A DNA stretch of 64,000 nt from assembly GCF_009914755.1 (NCBI RefSeq), contig NC_060942.1. One strand, given 5' to 3'. The stretch comes from the human T2T-CHM13v2.0 reference genome, Homo sapiens. Positions 42,844 through 63,769 of the stretch are shown here, piece after piece. Below the pieces are notes generated by a model. The model was not told the origin of the DNA and made no database searches. It worked only from the letters and a program-made list of their open reading frames with translations. The position numbers were made by a program, and so were the translations under genes. The number at the start of each line of letters is the position of its first letter. Positions within the stretch are counted from its first letter, which is position 1.

Positions 42844-45553
42844 CTAGGTCTATTACTAAATACAAAATCATGGTGATCACAGCTCAGAAACATGGAGAAA
42901 TCTTTATACATATGGACTTTCCCTGAATACCCGGTAGTAACCATACCAATTCTGTCATTGCCCTTCATGGAGTCTAAGAGCTATTTTATCCTCTCAAGAT
43001 TTAACAGTGTCAAAGATTTGGAGTGTGAGGAACAGTAGCAGTACCAATCTACATTACAGAGTGCAGATGGGTGAAACAAATATAAGACAAATAGAGGGCC
43101 TGGTTAAACAGATGAAAAAAGGGTGGTGCATTCGATCTTTTCTCTGTTACCAATGTCATGGGTTAATTTCCTCAACAGGTTGTCAAAGTAATGTCTTAGG
43201 CACCTGGAAAAGGAGCTGAACTTCCCCTAATAAGTCATCCTCATGTATCAGCCCCACCACACCCCTTGGCAATATCGGATATTTAGCCTTACAAAAAATT
43301 CCACAAAACTTTCCAAACTATTATCCCTCAGTTTGACTCCTAAAATCTCCTAAAATGATGTTGATAGAAGATTTAAAAGTAATGACTTCTGTCACCTCTT
43401 TAGCCCATGTTATTTTGGAAATGTAAAGGCATATTTACAAATGTTCATCCATTCCAGAGTCATCAAAATCAGGTTGATTTTATCTGTGCAATATTGTTGA
43501 GTTAATTTATTCATTGGAATCAATCTAATTTCCAAAGTTTCCCTGGGCCTGCCCAGAGGCACCCAATGCAACAGACACTTACACAAATAGCAGCAAAAGG
43601 GCTATGACCATGTTTAGTTTGGTGCTGTCTGGACTTCAAAGTCACCCAGAGGTCTGGCAACAGCCCCAAAAGTAATTTTCCCAAACACTGACCAAGGAAC
43701 TTCCCCCTGAGATTAAGCTTCAGAATGGAAAAATAAATATTGAAAATAAGAAGTGGAAAAAATGTAGTCCCTACCCCCAAAGAAGATTTCTAAAAATCGA
43801 TGTCAAGTAGTTAATAAAAACCCAGCAAACCAAAATGTTAGGAAATGACAGAGGCGTGTTCTAAGTCTCATTGAAAGGATAAGGATCCTGAAAAGGCCTC
43901 TGGCAACTATATTTGCACACTTACTTTGCTGATATTTCTTGCAGATTCCATTAGTTTGCATTTAAAACACGAGAAAATTAGGAGCAAAGTGTAGGCCTAA
44001 ATATTTTCCCTCCAACTTCTCATTCTATGGTGCGTGGTTGGTACTTGAATGGGCAGTGCAAGCTGAAGTCCCTGAGAGGCGCCCAAGAATGGACAGAGCA
44101 TCAGTGACATCTTCAGCTGACCAGCAGTTAACAACCACTTGTGAATTGGATCATCTGACACTGATAACACCTTGTGTTCCTAGAAAGTGGGGACTCTGAT
44201 AGGTACATGGTAATAACAAACAACTTGGAAGTGTTCCCCATTTCCTTGAAAATGGATAGTATTGAATGATTTTGAAGTCGCAAAAAGAGGTTGGCCAGCC
44301 AAGTGAGGTGCTAAATCTGTATTACCTGCAAGTACAGAGATACGTTTTTCTAATTATAGTTTAGCTCTCCATCACCTGGTGGCCCCTCTTGTGATCTCAA
44401 TAAGCAGGGATAATGTGAGAGCATATTACAGGAGGGTATTATAGATGTTGGAAAGAGAATATAGAAATGACTCATAAACTCCTTGAAGGTAAAATGTTTT
44501 TTTGAGTTAAATGGACCTAATGCAAATTGCACCATTGAGTCAACTGGTCCTTTGATCCTTTTTAGGCATAGAAACCCAGCAATTTGCCTCTGGGCAAAGT
44601 TAAAGCTAGAACCTTAATCACTTTTGTAGATCTGTATTTTTCTACAATTCAATCTATTTAGTCAGTTTACCAGCTAGGGTACCCTGACTACTACTACTTC
44701 TCTTTGGTACCTAGACTTCATATTTGACAGTGATCTGCAATAGTGAATTACTCCAGTGTGCCTTCCTGGAACACACCATGCAGATCACCAGATGGACTGA
44801 GGGTCCTGACAATGCTCAGCAACCCTGTGAAAATATCTGGGGCTCACGACGAAGTGGACATATCTTCAACAATGTTAGTAGGAGGTGCTTACGTAAAATT
44901 CATTCTCAGGGAGAAATGATGTCACCTTTCTAAATACTGGTATAGATGGAAGAATAAAAGGAGAGGTAGAGGGGTAGAAGCTCTGTCCAGGTGCTTGGAG
45001 CCTAGAAGCCAGGGTCCCAGAGAGGGTCAAAGGATACAGAAAAGAGTGAGCTAAGAGCAGCCCAGACAAATTTTACGTTGCTTCATAATTCTGCCAACAG
45101 CACGATCAAATCTGAATGCAACAGCCTCCAGAGGACGTGGCAATCTGTAACCTATGTTCGAGGCTCCTCTGAGCTTTTTCTCCTGGTTGGGTGGATGACA
45201 TCATTTGACAAGTCATTTTCCATTATGTCAGGAGTTTCAGGGACATGGAGAGATATCAACAGAATTTAGAAGAGACTGCAAGGTAATGCTCCTCGGGATC
45301 CATTCCCAGTCCTCTCACTGACTCACAGGATGACTTTATTCTTCCCATTGTTATTAGGGCTGTTTTACTGAAGACTGATTCAATACTTAACAAGATTTGG
45401 AGGTCAACCCAGGACCAATCCGTGGGGCTTAGTATCTAAATTAAATGTGAAACTTTCTCTGAGACACAATTTAGGAGAAAGGCCAATGTGAAGGTTATGA
45501 AATCTAAAAGAAGTGGAATTGGAAGTTTTGACACATCTTTCTCCCCTTCATAA

Positions 45554-46016
45554 ATTTTTTTAACTTTACTGAGATGAAATTTATATAATATAAAATTCAC
45601 CATTTTAGAGCCAACAATTTTATGACATTTAATGCCTCTACAATGCTGTACAACCACCATCTCTATCTAGTTCCAAAACATTTCTAACACTCCAAAGTAA
45701 AGCCCATACCCATATCCTATCTCCTCCTACCCCAACCTCCACACCCCATCCCTGGCAACCCCAATTTGCCTTCTGTCTTTATGGATACATCTATTCTGGA
45801 TATTTATTATAAATGGAATCATAAAATATGTAGCATTCTGTGTCTGGTTTCTTTCACTTAGCATAACATTTTGGGGTTCGTCTATATTATGACATGTATC
45901 AGCACTTCATTCCTTTTCATGGCTGAGTAATATTCTGTTGTATGTATATGCCACATTTTGTTTATCCATTTATCTGTTGTTGGAAGTTTGGGCTGTTTCC
46001 ACTTTGGGGCTATTGT
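45554..46016 (-). mobile_element. L1MB-type 3' end
   Basis: ACAATGCTGTACAACCACCATCTCTATCTAGTTCCAAAACATTTC; AAATGGAATCATA. Confidence 0.85.
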
Positions 46017-46446
46017 ACGCCCCCTCTTTTAATTTCTGTCTCTGCCCCCTCGCACTCTAAATTTTCTCTTTTTCTTTCTTGAATGTATATCCTTCCCTTT
46101 AGAAGAAACATGTTATTCTTAGCTTATCTCCAGGGGGTTTCTGGAGGGCTGAGAAATGAAGAGAGGGTTGTGGGTCAGAAGATAAGGAGGGAGAGGAGTC
46201 TGGGAAAGAAGGGATGGCATGAAAGAACCATGAGCAGGAACACCCACCTGGAGCAGAAGGCATAGGAAACAGACAAAGGAGAGAGGTTTTCTGTAAGTGG
46301 TCACTCTGTGTAGAGGACTCACAGGACATTTCCTCAACCGGCTTTAGAATGCTGGTTGAAAGCTCAACTATGCTGTTGCTTCTGCCGCCCTCAGGAGAAC
46401 ATTACTCCAAAGCTTAAAGCAGGTATTGGGACATTTTTTCCCCTAG

Positions 46447-46791
<345 letters not shown>

Positions 46792-46852
46792 TAGCCCAGA
46801 TGTTTTAATAAAAGAATATCAGTTTAAATCCACTGAATCCCAAGACTGTCTT

Positions 46853-47267
46853 CTATTTTTAAATTTTTATTTTGTTTTTAATTGACATATATATTCATGG
46901 TGCACAAAGTGATGTTATGATACATCATAACATGTATATATGCATGTTATGATGTATGTATATATTGTGGGATAAGTAACTAATTAACATATCTTTCACC
47001 CTACATATTTACCATTTTTTTGTATTGAGAACATTTAAAATCTACTCTTTTAGCAATTTCGAAATAAACAATACATCACTGTTAACTGTACTCTCCAAGC
47101 TGGGTAAAACTTATGCCTCCTGTGGAACTGAAACTTTGTACCCTTTGAACAACATGTCACCTTCCCCAGCCTGTCACCCTAGCCCTGGTAACCTCCACTC
47201 TACCCTCTACTTCTATGACTTCAACTTTTTTAGAGTCCACATTAAGTGAGATCATGTGGTATTGGCT
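46853..47267 (-). mobile_element. L1MA-type 3' end
   Basis: GAGAACATTTAAAATCTACTCTTTTAGCAATTT; AACTGAAACTTTGTACCCTTTGA; TSD AAGAC(T/A)GTCTT. Confidence 0.85.
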
Positions 47268-47345
47268 AAGACAGTCTTTAAGAAGGAGAACTGAACTTCA
47301 GGAAAGGATTTCAATAATCAAGTATAGAAATCACTGGTGTGTGTC

Positions 47346-48328
<983 letters not shown>

Positions 48329-48557
48329 TATCTATTTTCTTGGAGGTTTCCCTGTTGGGAGAATTGTTCACTTAGAGGGAAACTAATGCCCACCTATTCC
48401 TGCCATAGGGAGGAAAGCTCTAATTCATCTTTTTAAAAAAGGAAATGTTAACAAAAGACTTTTTAAAAGAGTTTTAACTTTTGTAAGGTTAAAAAAGACT
48501 TTTGACTTTTAAAAAAGAGTCCACTCATAAAGAAATTACAGACCTCCGTGAATGTCA

Positions 48558-48874
<317 letters not shown>

Positions 48875-49465
48875 TATATAATAATATATGATATATAATA
48901 TATAATATATATTATATATTATACAATATATGATATATATAAGATATAATATATATTATATATTATACAATATATAATATATTATACAATATACAATATA
49001 TAATATATTATACAATATACAATATATTATATATTATACAATAATATAATGTATTATATATTATACAATAATACAATGTATTACATATTATACAATAATA
49101 CAATGTATTACATATTATACAATAATATAATGTATTACATATTATACAATAATATAATGTATTACATATTATACAATAATATATTATATATTATACAATA
49201 ATGTATTATATATTATACAATAATGTATTATATATTATACAATAATATATATTATACAATATGTTATATATTATACAATATATTATATATTATACAACAA
49301 TATATTATGTATTATACAACAATTTATTATGTATTATACAACAATATATTATATATTATACAACAATATATTATATATTATACAACAATATATAATATAT
49401 TATTCAATAATATATAATATATTATACAATAATATATAATATATTGTTGAATAATATATTATATA
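48875..49465. repeat. AT-rich degenerate tandem array (ATATTATACAAT-core), spacer segment
   Basis: Read directly; almost entirely A/T with periodic C. Confidence 0.95.
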
Positions 49466-52520
<3,055 letters not shown>

Positions 52521-53420
52521 AAGTGGATTCTTTTCATCTATATATAAAAAGATGGGAGGGGATAAATCACAAAGGAGGGAGCCAATTGCATGCTCTCCTT
52601 TCTTTCTACTGACATATAAATTACTGAACCCACTCCAGTGTCTCCCAGTTGTTGAAAATATCTGTGAACACTGCCTCAGTGTTATAAGATCAGCAGGCCC
52701 AGCGTTTTTAAGCAATTCATCCTGTCAGCCTGTTGGAAAAGCTTTAAGTATGACACCTCCTGAAGCCCATAATTCCTTTTCTCTTATCAAACATACTCCT
52801 TTTATTTTTCCTTTAAGGTCTTAAGAGATCAAAAAGCAAGGTGAGGGTGAAACTGGTCACCAAATAAAGATGGGTACCAGAGGTAATAGTGTTCAAACAG
52901 GAGCCTCCACTTGATGGAATAAAATCCAAAATACAAGTCAGAAATGAAACCAGACAGAAAATCAGATATGAATTATGATCTACTTCCCTGGAACTCCACT
53001 CTACCCCTGAGCAGCATTTTCTTTTCCATTGTCAGAATGTGTGTGTGTATACATGATTTTATGTAACATAAAAATTACCACTGGGTGCATGTCTACATAA
53101 GAAACCCAAATTTTCTACTGTAGATCAGAAAAAAAGAGAGTGGCAATCTCTCTTGCTTTCATTGGTTACTCTGTGTCTTAACAACCTGACACCAAAATTC
53201 TATGGGCTCTTCTCCCAGCACCCCAGGAGAAGGAGGCAAGAGACAGAAGGATGTCTTTTCAAAGGACACAGCATGAGGAGCAAACAACAGGGTCTGTTGG
53301 TTCTTAAGCCCAAGATTAGCATTTAAATTCCAAAAGGATAAAATACAACAGGTCATAAAGAAAGGCATCTGGATTACAACTCCAGTCTATCACATGGCTG
53401 ATGACCAGCAAGAGGTGAAG

Positions 53421-54003
53421 CAGTGGTTCTCAAAGTGTGGGCCCTGGAGCAACCACATAAGCAGCAGCCTCACCTGGGAAGCTGTTACAAATGTGGACTC
53501 TCAGACTACAGCGCAGGCCACTGTATTCCTCGGCTCAGGCTGCCACAACAGAATACCACACACTGGTTGGCTTAAACAACAGAATTCATTTTCTCACAGT
53601 TATGGAGGCGAGAAGTCCAAGATCAAGTTGACATCAGAGTTGGATTCTGGTAAGGGCTCTCTTCCGGGCTTGTAAACAGCTGCCTTCTCATTGTGGCCTC
53701 ACATGGCCTTTGTTCTGTATGCACTTGAAGAGAGAGAGCTCTGTGGTTTCTCTTCCTCTTTTTATAAGGACAGGAATCCTATTGGATTAGGGCTTACCCT
53801 TATGGCCTCATCTGACTTTAATCACCTCCCTACAGACTCTACCTCCAGATAGCATCATATTGGGTGGTAAGAGCTTCAACATATGAATTCTGGGGGTCAC
53901 ATTCGGTCCATAGCACCTGCCGAATCAGAGATGCTGAGGGTGGTGCCCAGTTAAAACTGTGCTTCAGGGGATTCTGACACACCCTAAAATTTGAGAACCG
54001 CTG
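53421..54003. mobile_element. MER5A interrupted by an MLT1 LTR
   Basis: CAGTGGTTCTCAAAGTGTG ... TTTGAGAACCGCTG terminal inverted repeats; halves at 53421-53521 and 53916-54003. Confidence 0.8.
53522..53915 (-). mobile_element. MLT1A/B-like MaLR solo LTR
   Basis: GGCTGCCACAACAGAATACCACACACTGG...CTTAAACAACAGAA; CTTCAACATATGAATT...CCATAGCA. Confidence 0.8.
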
Positions 54004-55037
54004 ACCTAAAAATGAATAGATTGTTCTTGCTTTGATACCGGAGTTCTGAAGGACTGGGTTCAGTAATACGTATGTTAGTGGGAAGAAAGAAAAGCCTGCA
54101 GTCACCCACCTCCTCTGTGTTCTGCCCCACCCCAGCTCTGTCAATATTAATTAAATAAGAACACATACAGGTCATGTTCATGGAGGTTCCCATTTCTTTT
54201 TGAGTTCATTATTTTTTAGCACTTAAACCTCTTTGAGTATTTGGACTTTAAAAGTAGGCCTATAGAACCTGCCAAAATGATCAATTGTGTTGACTTTTTT
54301 GTTGCCATGATTAAGAGTGTTTTCATAAGGATTTTTGGAAGTGTAAAAGTAATCCACACACAGTGAGAAGGGAAGAAGCCAAACCACTTAATGGAGCTAA
54401 GAAGGGCTTTTCTGCTGGGACAACTGCCATTAGAGGGGTGACCTGCAGCGTTTGCATATTAAATATGGCCATTTTGTCCCTGGCCCAGCAGTGTGAGAGA
54501 AACAGAAGTTTGGAGAGAAATACCCTGGGCCAGAGAAAAGGGCTTCTTGTTCCCAGCAGGGAAGTTTTTATGGCAGCACTTTGGCTATAAGCTATCGCTT
54601 TCTGCCTACAGCAATAGAAGCAGAATAAATAGCCTCTGCCAGCCTGGAGAACAAAACAGGAGACAAAACAAAAGAAAACAAAACTAGAAAAGAATAGAGA
54701 ATATATTCCTGAAGATGGGCTAGATGAAAACAGAGAGGAGCTGTGCTCATGCATTTGAACTTGCGGTCAAGAATCCAGGGTCCAGTCCATTAGGCAACCA
54801 CAAAGCCTGGACTTACCCCTGGAACACAGAGAGACAAATTAAAGGGGTGACATGAGCAGTACAAGGCAGGAACCCAGTTCAGCCCAATTCAATGGAAAGT
54901 GAAATAAAAGAAAACTGAGATACAACGCATTGTGAATTTTTAAAAAATCTTTTCTCCAATTGGATAATGCACAGAGATACCTGGGGAAAAAAATAAATAA
55001 AGAAGAACAGCAGAAACAACAACAGCATCAGCTAAAG

Positions 55038-55273
55038 CAGTGGTTCTTGACAAGGGTAGGGGGAGAAAATCTTGACCGCCCCATGGGGACATTTGGCAAT
55101 GCTTAGAGATATTTTCGGTTGTCACAACTCACTAGGGGAAGCAGGGGTGCTACTGGCATCTAGTGGGTAAGGCCAGGGCTGCTGCTTATCATGGGACAAT
55201 GCACAGGACAGCCCCCCTCAACAAAGACATAGTTGGCCCCCAATGGCAATAGTGCCAAGGCTGAGAAATCGTA
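55038..55273 (+). mobile_element. MER20 (hAT-Charlie MITE)
   Basis: GGGGACATTTGGCAATG...GGTTGTCACAACT...TGCTACTGGCATCTAGTGGGTA; TSD AGCTAAAG/AGTCAAAG. Confidence 0.88.
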
Positions 55274-55399
55274 AGTCAAAGTATTGGAAACAGCTTTTCA
55301 CATGCAAATATGGTAACACTCTGGGCCTCGCCACACAATTTTTGCTCATTCTACAAGAACCCACTCAGTTATTTCAATCTCTGGAGGACCTTCTACGGC

Positions 55400-55610
55400 T
55401 GTCAAAGCACTTTGCTCCCACAGTTCTCATAGCAGTTAATGTCTTGTGTTGCAATGATTCATCCATGTGCTTTTCTTTCCCACTCACATGACTCTGAGCT
55501 TCTTAAAATTAGGGCCCAAATATACTTCGTTGTAATCTTTATCATGTCGTAAATATTCAATGATGATGGGTTGAATGGGCGAGTGAATGAATGAGTGGGA
55601 ATGAATAACT
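55400..55610 (+). mobile_element. L2 3' end
   Basis: GACTCTGAGCTTCTT...AGGG and a (TGAA)n-like terminus. Confidence 0.5.
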
Positions 55611-56335
55611 GGATAGAGACCTTTTTTTGGGAGAAGTCCATCAGTGTTAACATCCGTGATCAGCATCTTTATAGAGACTGTGTGTAGTTAGCAAGACAGG
55701 CCTACAGAAGCAACAAAATCACACTCCATGATCCAGTTCAGTTCAGGGGTTTCTACTCCAATCATGACTAAATGGGATTCTAACCACACCCTAACTCCAA
55801 GCTTTAGAATTAAGGGAAGTAACTGAAAATGAATATTATAGGTGACATACAGATTCATCAAGTCTTTACAATATGTGCAAATATCATCCATAATTTCAGC
55901 ATGTTTTACATCCATGATTTCTTATTTAATTACAAAATGTCTCTTCATGATGAGTTGACAGAAACCTCCAGCCACCAGGATAAACAGTTGTCTTGGACCT
56001 GGTTATGGCTCTGAATGTATTTATCCTAGAACACTGTCTCCTTGAATTCTGCAGCAACAGAACCTCCCCCTTTTCTAGTGGGTGGTTGTTCCTTTTGAGC
56101 AATAATATCAATAAAATCATGCCTCTGAAGGGGTTTCTCATATGCCATCTGCATTCATGTAACTCCACACATCTCTTTACACATGATGTTGCTGTGAACA
56201 TTCTAGTTCTTGTGTCCCTGCGCACATCTCCAACTTTATTAGTCAGTCCCAAATTGCTCTCAATAGTAGTTGTAACAATTAATGTTCCTACCAGCAGTAC
56301 ATGAGAGTCCACATTGCTCCACCCCCTCACTAATA

Positions 56336-56731
56336 CAGTCATGCCCATGCTTTGGTTAACAGCAGGGATGCAGGGATCCATTCTGAGACATGCATCCTTA
56401 GGTGATTTTGCTATTGTGTGAACATCACAGAGTACACTTACACAGACCTAGATGGTGTCGCTACTACAGTCTTCGGCTAAATGGATAGTCTATTTCTCCT
56501 AGGCTACAAACCTGTACAGCATGTCACTGTACTGAATACTGCAGGCAACTGTAACACAATGCTAACTATCTGTGTATCTCACAACTGTAACACAATACTA
56601 ACTATCTGTGTATCTAAACATATCCAAACATAGAAAAGGTACCGTAAAAATACACTATTATTTTCTTGTGGGACCACCATCATACAAATGGCCTGTCGTT
56701 GACCAAAATGTCCTTATGTGACACATGACTG
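56336..56731. mobile_element. Tigger3a/MER7A with an internal 36-bp tandem duplication (56546-56617)
   Basis: TA-CAGTCATG ... CATGACTG-TA termini; CCTAGGCTACAAACCTGTACAGCATG core. Confidence 0.88.
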
Positions 56732-59551
56732 TACTTAGCATCATCACACTTTAAAAATGTTTGCCTTTTTGATGTGGATGAAGTGACGTCACAAGGTTGC
56801 TTTCATTTTCATTTTTCTGGTAGCAGGTTGGGGGAAGCACCTTTTCATGATCCTCAGCCATTCTGATTTCCTTCTTTCTGTATTGCCAGGTTGTTAGGCT
56901 TTGCCCATTTTTCTATTGGAGGATCATTCTCTTTTCGATGTTTAGGATCGCTCTATAAATTCCAGCTGTTTATCTTTTATAACTATCTTCCCCTACTTTG
57001 GACTTGTTCTTTAACTTTGTGATGATGTCTTTCGTTAAACAAAAGTTTTTAGCTTTAGCATTGTAAGTCTCACTAATGTTTTTTTCTTAAGTTTGTATTT
57101 TTTATGTCTTAAGAAATTCTTTGCCATATTGAGGTCATAAAGATACTCCCCTGTATTTTCTTTTAGAAGTTTATGGATTAATTCAGGAAAAATTGCTAGC
57201 TTTATAATATTGGTTCTTTCCTTCAATAACAAGAATGTCAGTCTATTTGTGTCTTATTTTAAATCCTTCAGACATGTTTTTCGATTTTTACATCAAAGGT
57301 CCTATACATCATTAGTTGGGTTTACCCCTAAGTATCTTATGTATTTGTGGCTATTGTGAATAGAGTTTTCTGGCATTTTCTGTTTGATTATTACTAATGA
57401 TTTTTATATATAGATGTAGTATCTAGATGTCTTGATGAATTCTGTTATTACTTCTTCAGCTTTAACTTTAGATATTTGATTTACTGTAGAAACAATCACA
57501 TCTGAAGATAATGTTCATCTCTTCCTTTCTGAAACTTATATTCTTATTTGTTTTTCTTAGTTTATTCCATTGGCTAAACATTGAATAGGTACAATGATAG
57601 AACCCTTTTATTTATTTTAATGGGAATGCTTCCAATTTTTACTATTAAACCTGATGTTTGATGTAGGTTTATGGAAAGGCATACTTTATCAGTTCAAGGA
57701 AGTTCCCTTCTAGTACAAACTTGCTAATAATTTTTATCATGAAAGAATGTTTTATCAAACACCATTCCTGCATCTATCTAGATTATCATGTATTTTTTCT
57801 CCTTTATTGTGTTCATGGACAAATTACATTGTTAATTTTTGATAAAACCAACCATGCAATCATGGAATAACCCCTACTTGGTCATGATGTGTTACTCTTT
57901 TATATGTTGCTAGACTTGGTTAGCTAATATTTTATTTGTGATATTTGATTTTATGTTCATAAATGAAATTGGTCTATAATTTTCCTTTTTCATTATCTGT
58001 AAAATTTTGATATCAAGGTTGTACTTGCCTCATAAAATATATTGATGGTTGTTCCGATTTTTTCTATTTTCTAGAAAAACTTAAGATTATTATTATTTCT
58101 TACTTAATAGTTGATAGAAATCTCAAGTAAATCCACTTGAACCTGATGTTTTCTTCATGGTAAGATTTTCATAACTAATTCAATTTCCTCAATATTCAGA
58201 AATTTTCAGGCTCTCTATATCATCATGTCAGTTTCTGTAAGTTGTATATTTCCTGGAATTTCTCCACTTGATCTAAACTTTCAAGTTTATTATATATAAT
58301 TGTTCATAATTTTGTCTTATCATTTTAATGCTTACTTCATAGGTAATGGTGACCCTTTTTTCATTCCAAAGGACATTTGTGTGTTCCTTCTCTTTTTAAA
58401 ATAGATTTCTAGCACTAGGGGATTTCAATTTTATGAGCCTTTTCAAAGCATCAACACTTGGCTTTGCTGATCTCGTTTATTATATATTTGTTTTCTATTT
58501 CATTGATTTCTGCTTTATTGCTTTTATTCTGATTATTTTCTACTTTCTACTTTCCTTGGGTTTTCTAACTTCTTGAGATGGATGATTAGCTCTTCAATTT
58601 CAGCCTGGCTTCTTTTCTCATCCATGCTTTTAATGTTATGAATTTCATTGTAAGTATTTAGATCTTCAGCTGCATCCTGCAAGTTTTGATGTGTCATATT
58701 TTCATTATCATGCTGATCAAAATCTTTCTTCTCTGACCCATTGTTTATTTAGAAGTGTATTGTCTTATTTCTAAACATGTGGGGATGTTCTGGTAACCTT
58801 TTGATTAATCCTATTGTGGTCAGAGAACATATTCTATAAGATTTAATCCTTTGACATTTCTTTAGCTTGGCTTTATGGCTGAATATGTGTTCGTTTTTAT
58901 AAATGCTCTACATCCTTGAAAAGAGTGTACATTGTATAGTTGTTAGGAGAAATTTACTATATATGTTCATTAGATTAAACTTAATAATGCATTTTAAATA
59001 TTCTACATATTTAGTTATTATAGTTATTGATTGTCATTTGGGTTTTATTTTTGCTCTGTTTATGCTATCAGTTACTGAAAAATGTAAATTTAAAGCAACC
59101 ACTACAATTATAGATTTGTCTATGATTTTTTAGTTTTTTCAAATTTTACTTTGTATATTGATACCATATTAACAGTTATACACAAATTTAGAATGATCAT
59201 ATCCTTGAGATGTATTAAACCATTATCATTATGAAGCATCCCTCTATTTCTCCAGTATTATTTTTTGCTTTAAAATTTACTTTGTATGATATGAACATAG
59301 TTATGCCAGGATTTAAAATTTAGCATTTGATTGATTTATTTTTCCATCTGTATTCTCTTGGGTCTCTTGAAAGCAGCTAATAGTTGGTTTTCATTTTTAT
59401 GCCCCATTTGCTAAACTTTCTCTTAGTGAAAACATTTAGTCCAGTCTATGTACTGATTACAGATATAAAACTTTAAACCTTATTATGGGCTATGATTGAT
59501 TCTGCCTCTCCCACATTTCTATTTTACCTTTTCTTGCTTTCTTAATTGATT

Positions 59552-59720
59552 TTTAAAAAATTTATTATGGTAAAATGTACATCACATAAAATGTACCATA
59601 TTCACTATTTTTAAGTGCACATTTCAGTGGCATTAAGTGCATGCACAATGTTGCACAACCATCACCATGATCTATTTCCAGAACCTTCTTATAATCCCAA
59701 ACAGAAACTATGAGCCCACT
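59552..59720 (-). mobile_element. Short L1MB-type 3' end
   Basis: CAGTGGCATTAAGTGCATGCACAATGTTGCACAACCATCACC. Confidence 0.75.
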
Positions 59721-59810
59721 GATTATTTTTTATTTCACTTTTTTTCTACTTTGGAAACCGTACACTCTCTTACTAATCTATTGAAAGTATCATAGATCGC
59801 AGCATGTATC

Positions 59811-60104
59811 TTTTTTAACTTTTATCTTAAGTTCAGGGGCACATGGGCAGGTTTGTTATATAGGTAAACTCATGTCACAGGGATTGTTATATAGACTATT
59901 TCATCACCCAGGAATTAAGCATAGCAGCCATTAGTTATTTTTCCTGATCTTCTTCCTCCTCCCACCCTCCACCCTTCTGTAAGCCCCAGTGTGTGTTGTT
60001 CCCCTCTAAGTGTCCACGTGCTTTCATCACTTAGCTCCCACTCGTAAGTGAGAACATGGGGTATTTGGTTTTCTGTTCCTGCATTAGTTTGCTAAGGATA
60101 ATGG
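59811..60104 (-). mobile_element. L1PA (older, PA11-16-like) 3' end
   Basis: AAGTTCAGGGGCACATGGGCAGGTTTGTTATATAGGTAAAC; TSD AGCATG(T/C)ATC. Confidence 0.88.
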
Positions 60105-60365
60105 AGCATGCATCCTTAATCTATCAAAAATAGAATGTTAATTCGTACTCATATTTTATTCCTGGACAATGCAAAGACCTTACAACACTTTAGCTACACT
60201 TAACCATATTTGCTTCCTATGCTTATTGTTTTGCATTTTAATTCTATATATATTTGAAACCTTTTAAATGGCATCATTATTATATACAGTCAACACTCAT
60301 TTAGCTTTACCTATATATTTGCCTTTTTATTGCTTTTTATTCAGCCCTGCATCTCTGAGCTGTGA

Positions 60366-60684
<319 letters not shown>

Positions 60685-61682
60685 CATATTCCTATATTTA
60701 AAAAATACTTTTTAATACTTGCATTAGTGTGGTTTCATTGGTAACAAATTCACTCACTTTGTGTTTGCCTGAAAATGTCTTTATCGCATTCATTGCTAAA
60801 GGATATTTTTCCTGTGTATAGAATACTAGGTTGGAGATTATTTTCTTTCAACACATTGAAGATATTTCATTATCTTCTGGCTTTGGTTATTTCTGCTGAG
60901 AAATCTCTTGTTTTATTTTGCATCTCTGAAGCTAATTTGTAGTTTCTTTCCCCAACCCCACCACCCCCAGCTGCTTTTAAGACTCTCCTGCTGTCTTCAG
61001 TTTCTTTGAGTTTTCTGCTTACCAACATGTTTCTCTGCTTCATTTTCTGTTCTTTCCCACCTTTTGTCAGATTTTGTTTTCTCACATGGAAGGCCATGCA
61101 CAGGCCTGACCATGGAAAACCCTGAAACTGACATGCATGGGAATGAACTAGGTCCTGCCTCACAGGGACTGATACAGTAGGTTGCAAAATCTGTGGTGTA
61201 GATTCAAGAAGAGAGAGAGAGAGAGAGAGAGAGCGCAATTGCATAAGTACAACTCAGCAAGATTTCAGTTTCCAAATCTTTCCGTCAAACCTGAGTGATG
61301 TGGTTGCTGAACAGCAGCATCAGGGCCTACCTACAGAAGAAAATAAACAAATAAATAAAACCTGGCATTTACTCAGCCAAAGCTTCTAAAACCTGATAAA
61401 TTCTGCACTTCCTGAGGACTGCATACCATCTTCATCACTCTCAGTGCTTCTCTGTTAGGGAAAAACAGAAAGACTGGGGAAGCCCCATTCACAGAGGCAT
61501 ATCCTGCAGCTATTTTCTTCCCATAAAACTGCTGTGATAGAATATAAAATTGATCAGCTTCACCTTCATCTTTAAACCCCACCCCAGTGTTCTTGGACCT
61601 GAGTTTTTTCTATACAATTCGCTAATATACAATTTCTTAAATGTAAACATTTTACATAACATTAATATTAACAATATTCTAA

Positions 61683-62039
<357 letters not shown>

Positions 62040-62247
62040 TAACATAGCTCAAAGATAATCAATGTTTTCATCACCCTCCCAAGTACAAGAACTTTAGCAC
62101 ACTTTGTAATTGAACACCCTTTCTCATTATGTAATTGTTTACTAGTTTTACAATTTTGCTTTTTTTTTAGTATTTTAAGTTAATTTTAGACAAGAGTTAA
62201 ATTTGATGATACATTTTAACCATTTCCAGACTCCCCATTATTTCCTT

Positions 62248-62888
<641 letters not shown>

Positions 62889-63160
62889 CATTATTTCCTT
62901 CATCCCTGATTTCCCTGGGAGTTCTAATTTCTTCTTGCTGAGTACTTATTTTAATAGTTATTTTATTGAGAAATTATAAGTAGGAAGTTATAAACTTTTA
63001 TGTCAGAAAATGTCTTTATTTGACCCTTACTCTTAGAAGATAAGTGATCTGGCTTAAAATTTCTAGTTGCAAGTATTTTTCCTTAACACTTTGCTTCTGG
63101 GTTCTATTGTGGCTAATGAGAAGTCAGCTGTCAGCCTGAGAGTCATTTCCTCTTAGACAC

Positions 63161-63593
63161 AATATTGGTTCATTTTGTGTTGCTATAAAAGAATACCTGA
63201 GACTAGGTAATTTATAAAGAAAAGATGTTTATTTAGCTCATGGTTATGTAGACTGGGAAGTTCAAGGGCTCTGGCTTCTGGTTAGGATTTCATGTTGTCA
63301 TAAAGTGGCGAAGGTCAAAGGGGGAAGCAGACACGTTTGAAGAGGGAAAACCCCATGGGCATCCTGGCTTTATAACAACTTACTCTCAAGGGAACTAAGC
63401 CATCTCCCTGACAACTAATCCAGTCTTGCCAGAGTGAAAACTCACTTTTTACTGCAAGAACAGCACCAAGTCATTCATGAAGGATCTGCCCCCATCACTG
63501 AAACACTTCCTACCAGGCCCCACCTCCCAACACTGACACACTGGAGAGCAAATTCCAACATGAGTTTTGGTGGAAACAAACCAAACCATAGCA
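63161..63593 (-). mobile_element. MST-family (MSTC-like) MaLR LTR
   Basis: TTGCTATAAAAGAATACCTGAGACTAGGTAATTTATAAAG ... CAAACCATAGCA. Confidence 0.8.
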
Positions 63594-63769
63594 GGTACTC
63601 AGTCTTCTCTCACCGAAGATTTTTAAGATTTCCCTTATTCTCGATCCTCTATAGTCTCACTGGGTGAGGATTTATCATTATCTTACAGCTTGGTGTTGAG
63701 AGTGCACTTTGAATTATCCCTGCTTTTCTTTAGCGTCCTAGTAATTACTTGCTCCTTCTTCCCCTAGAA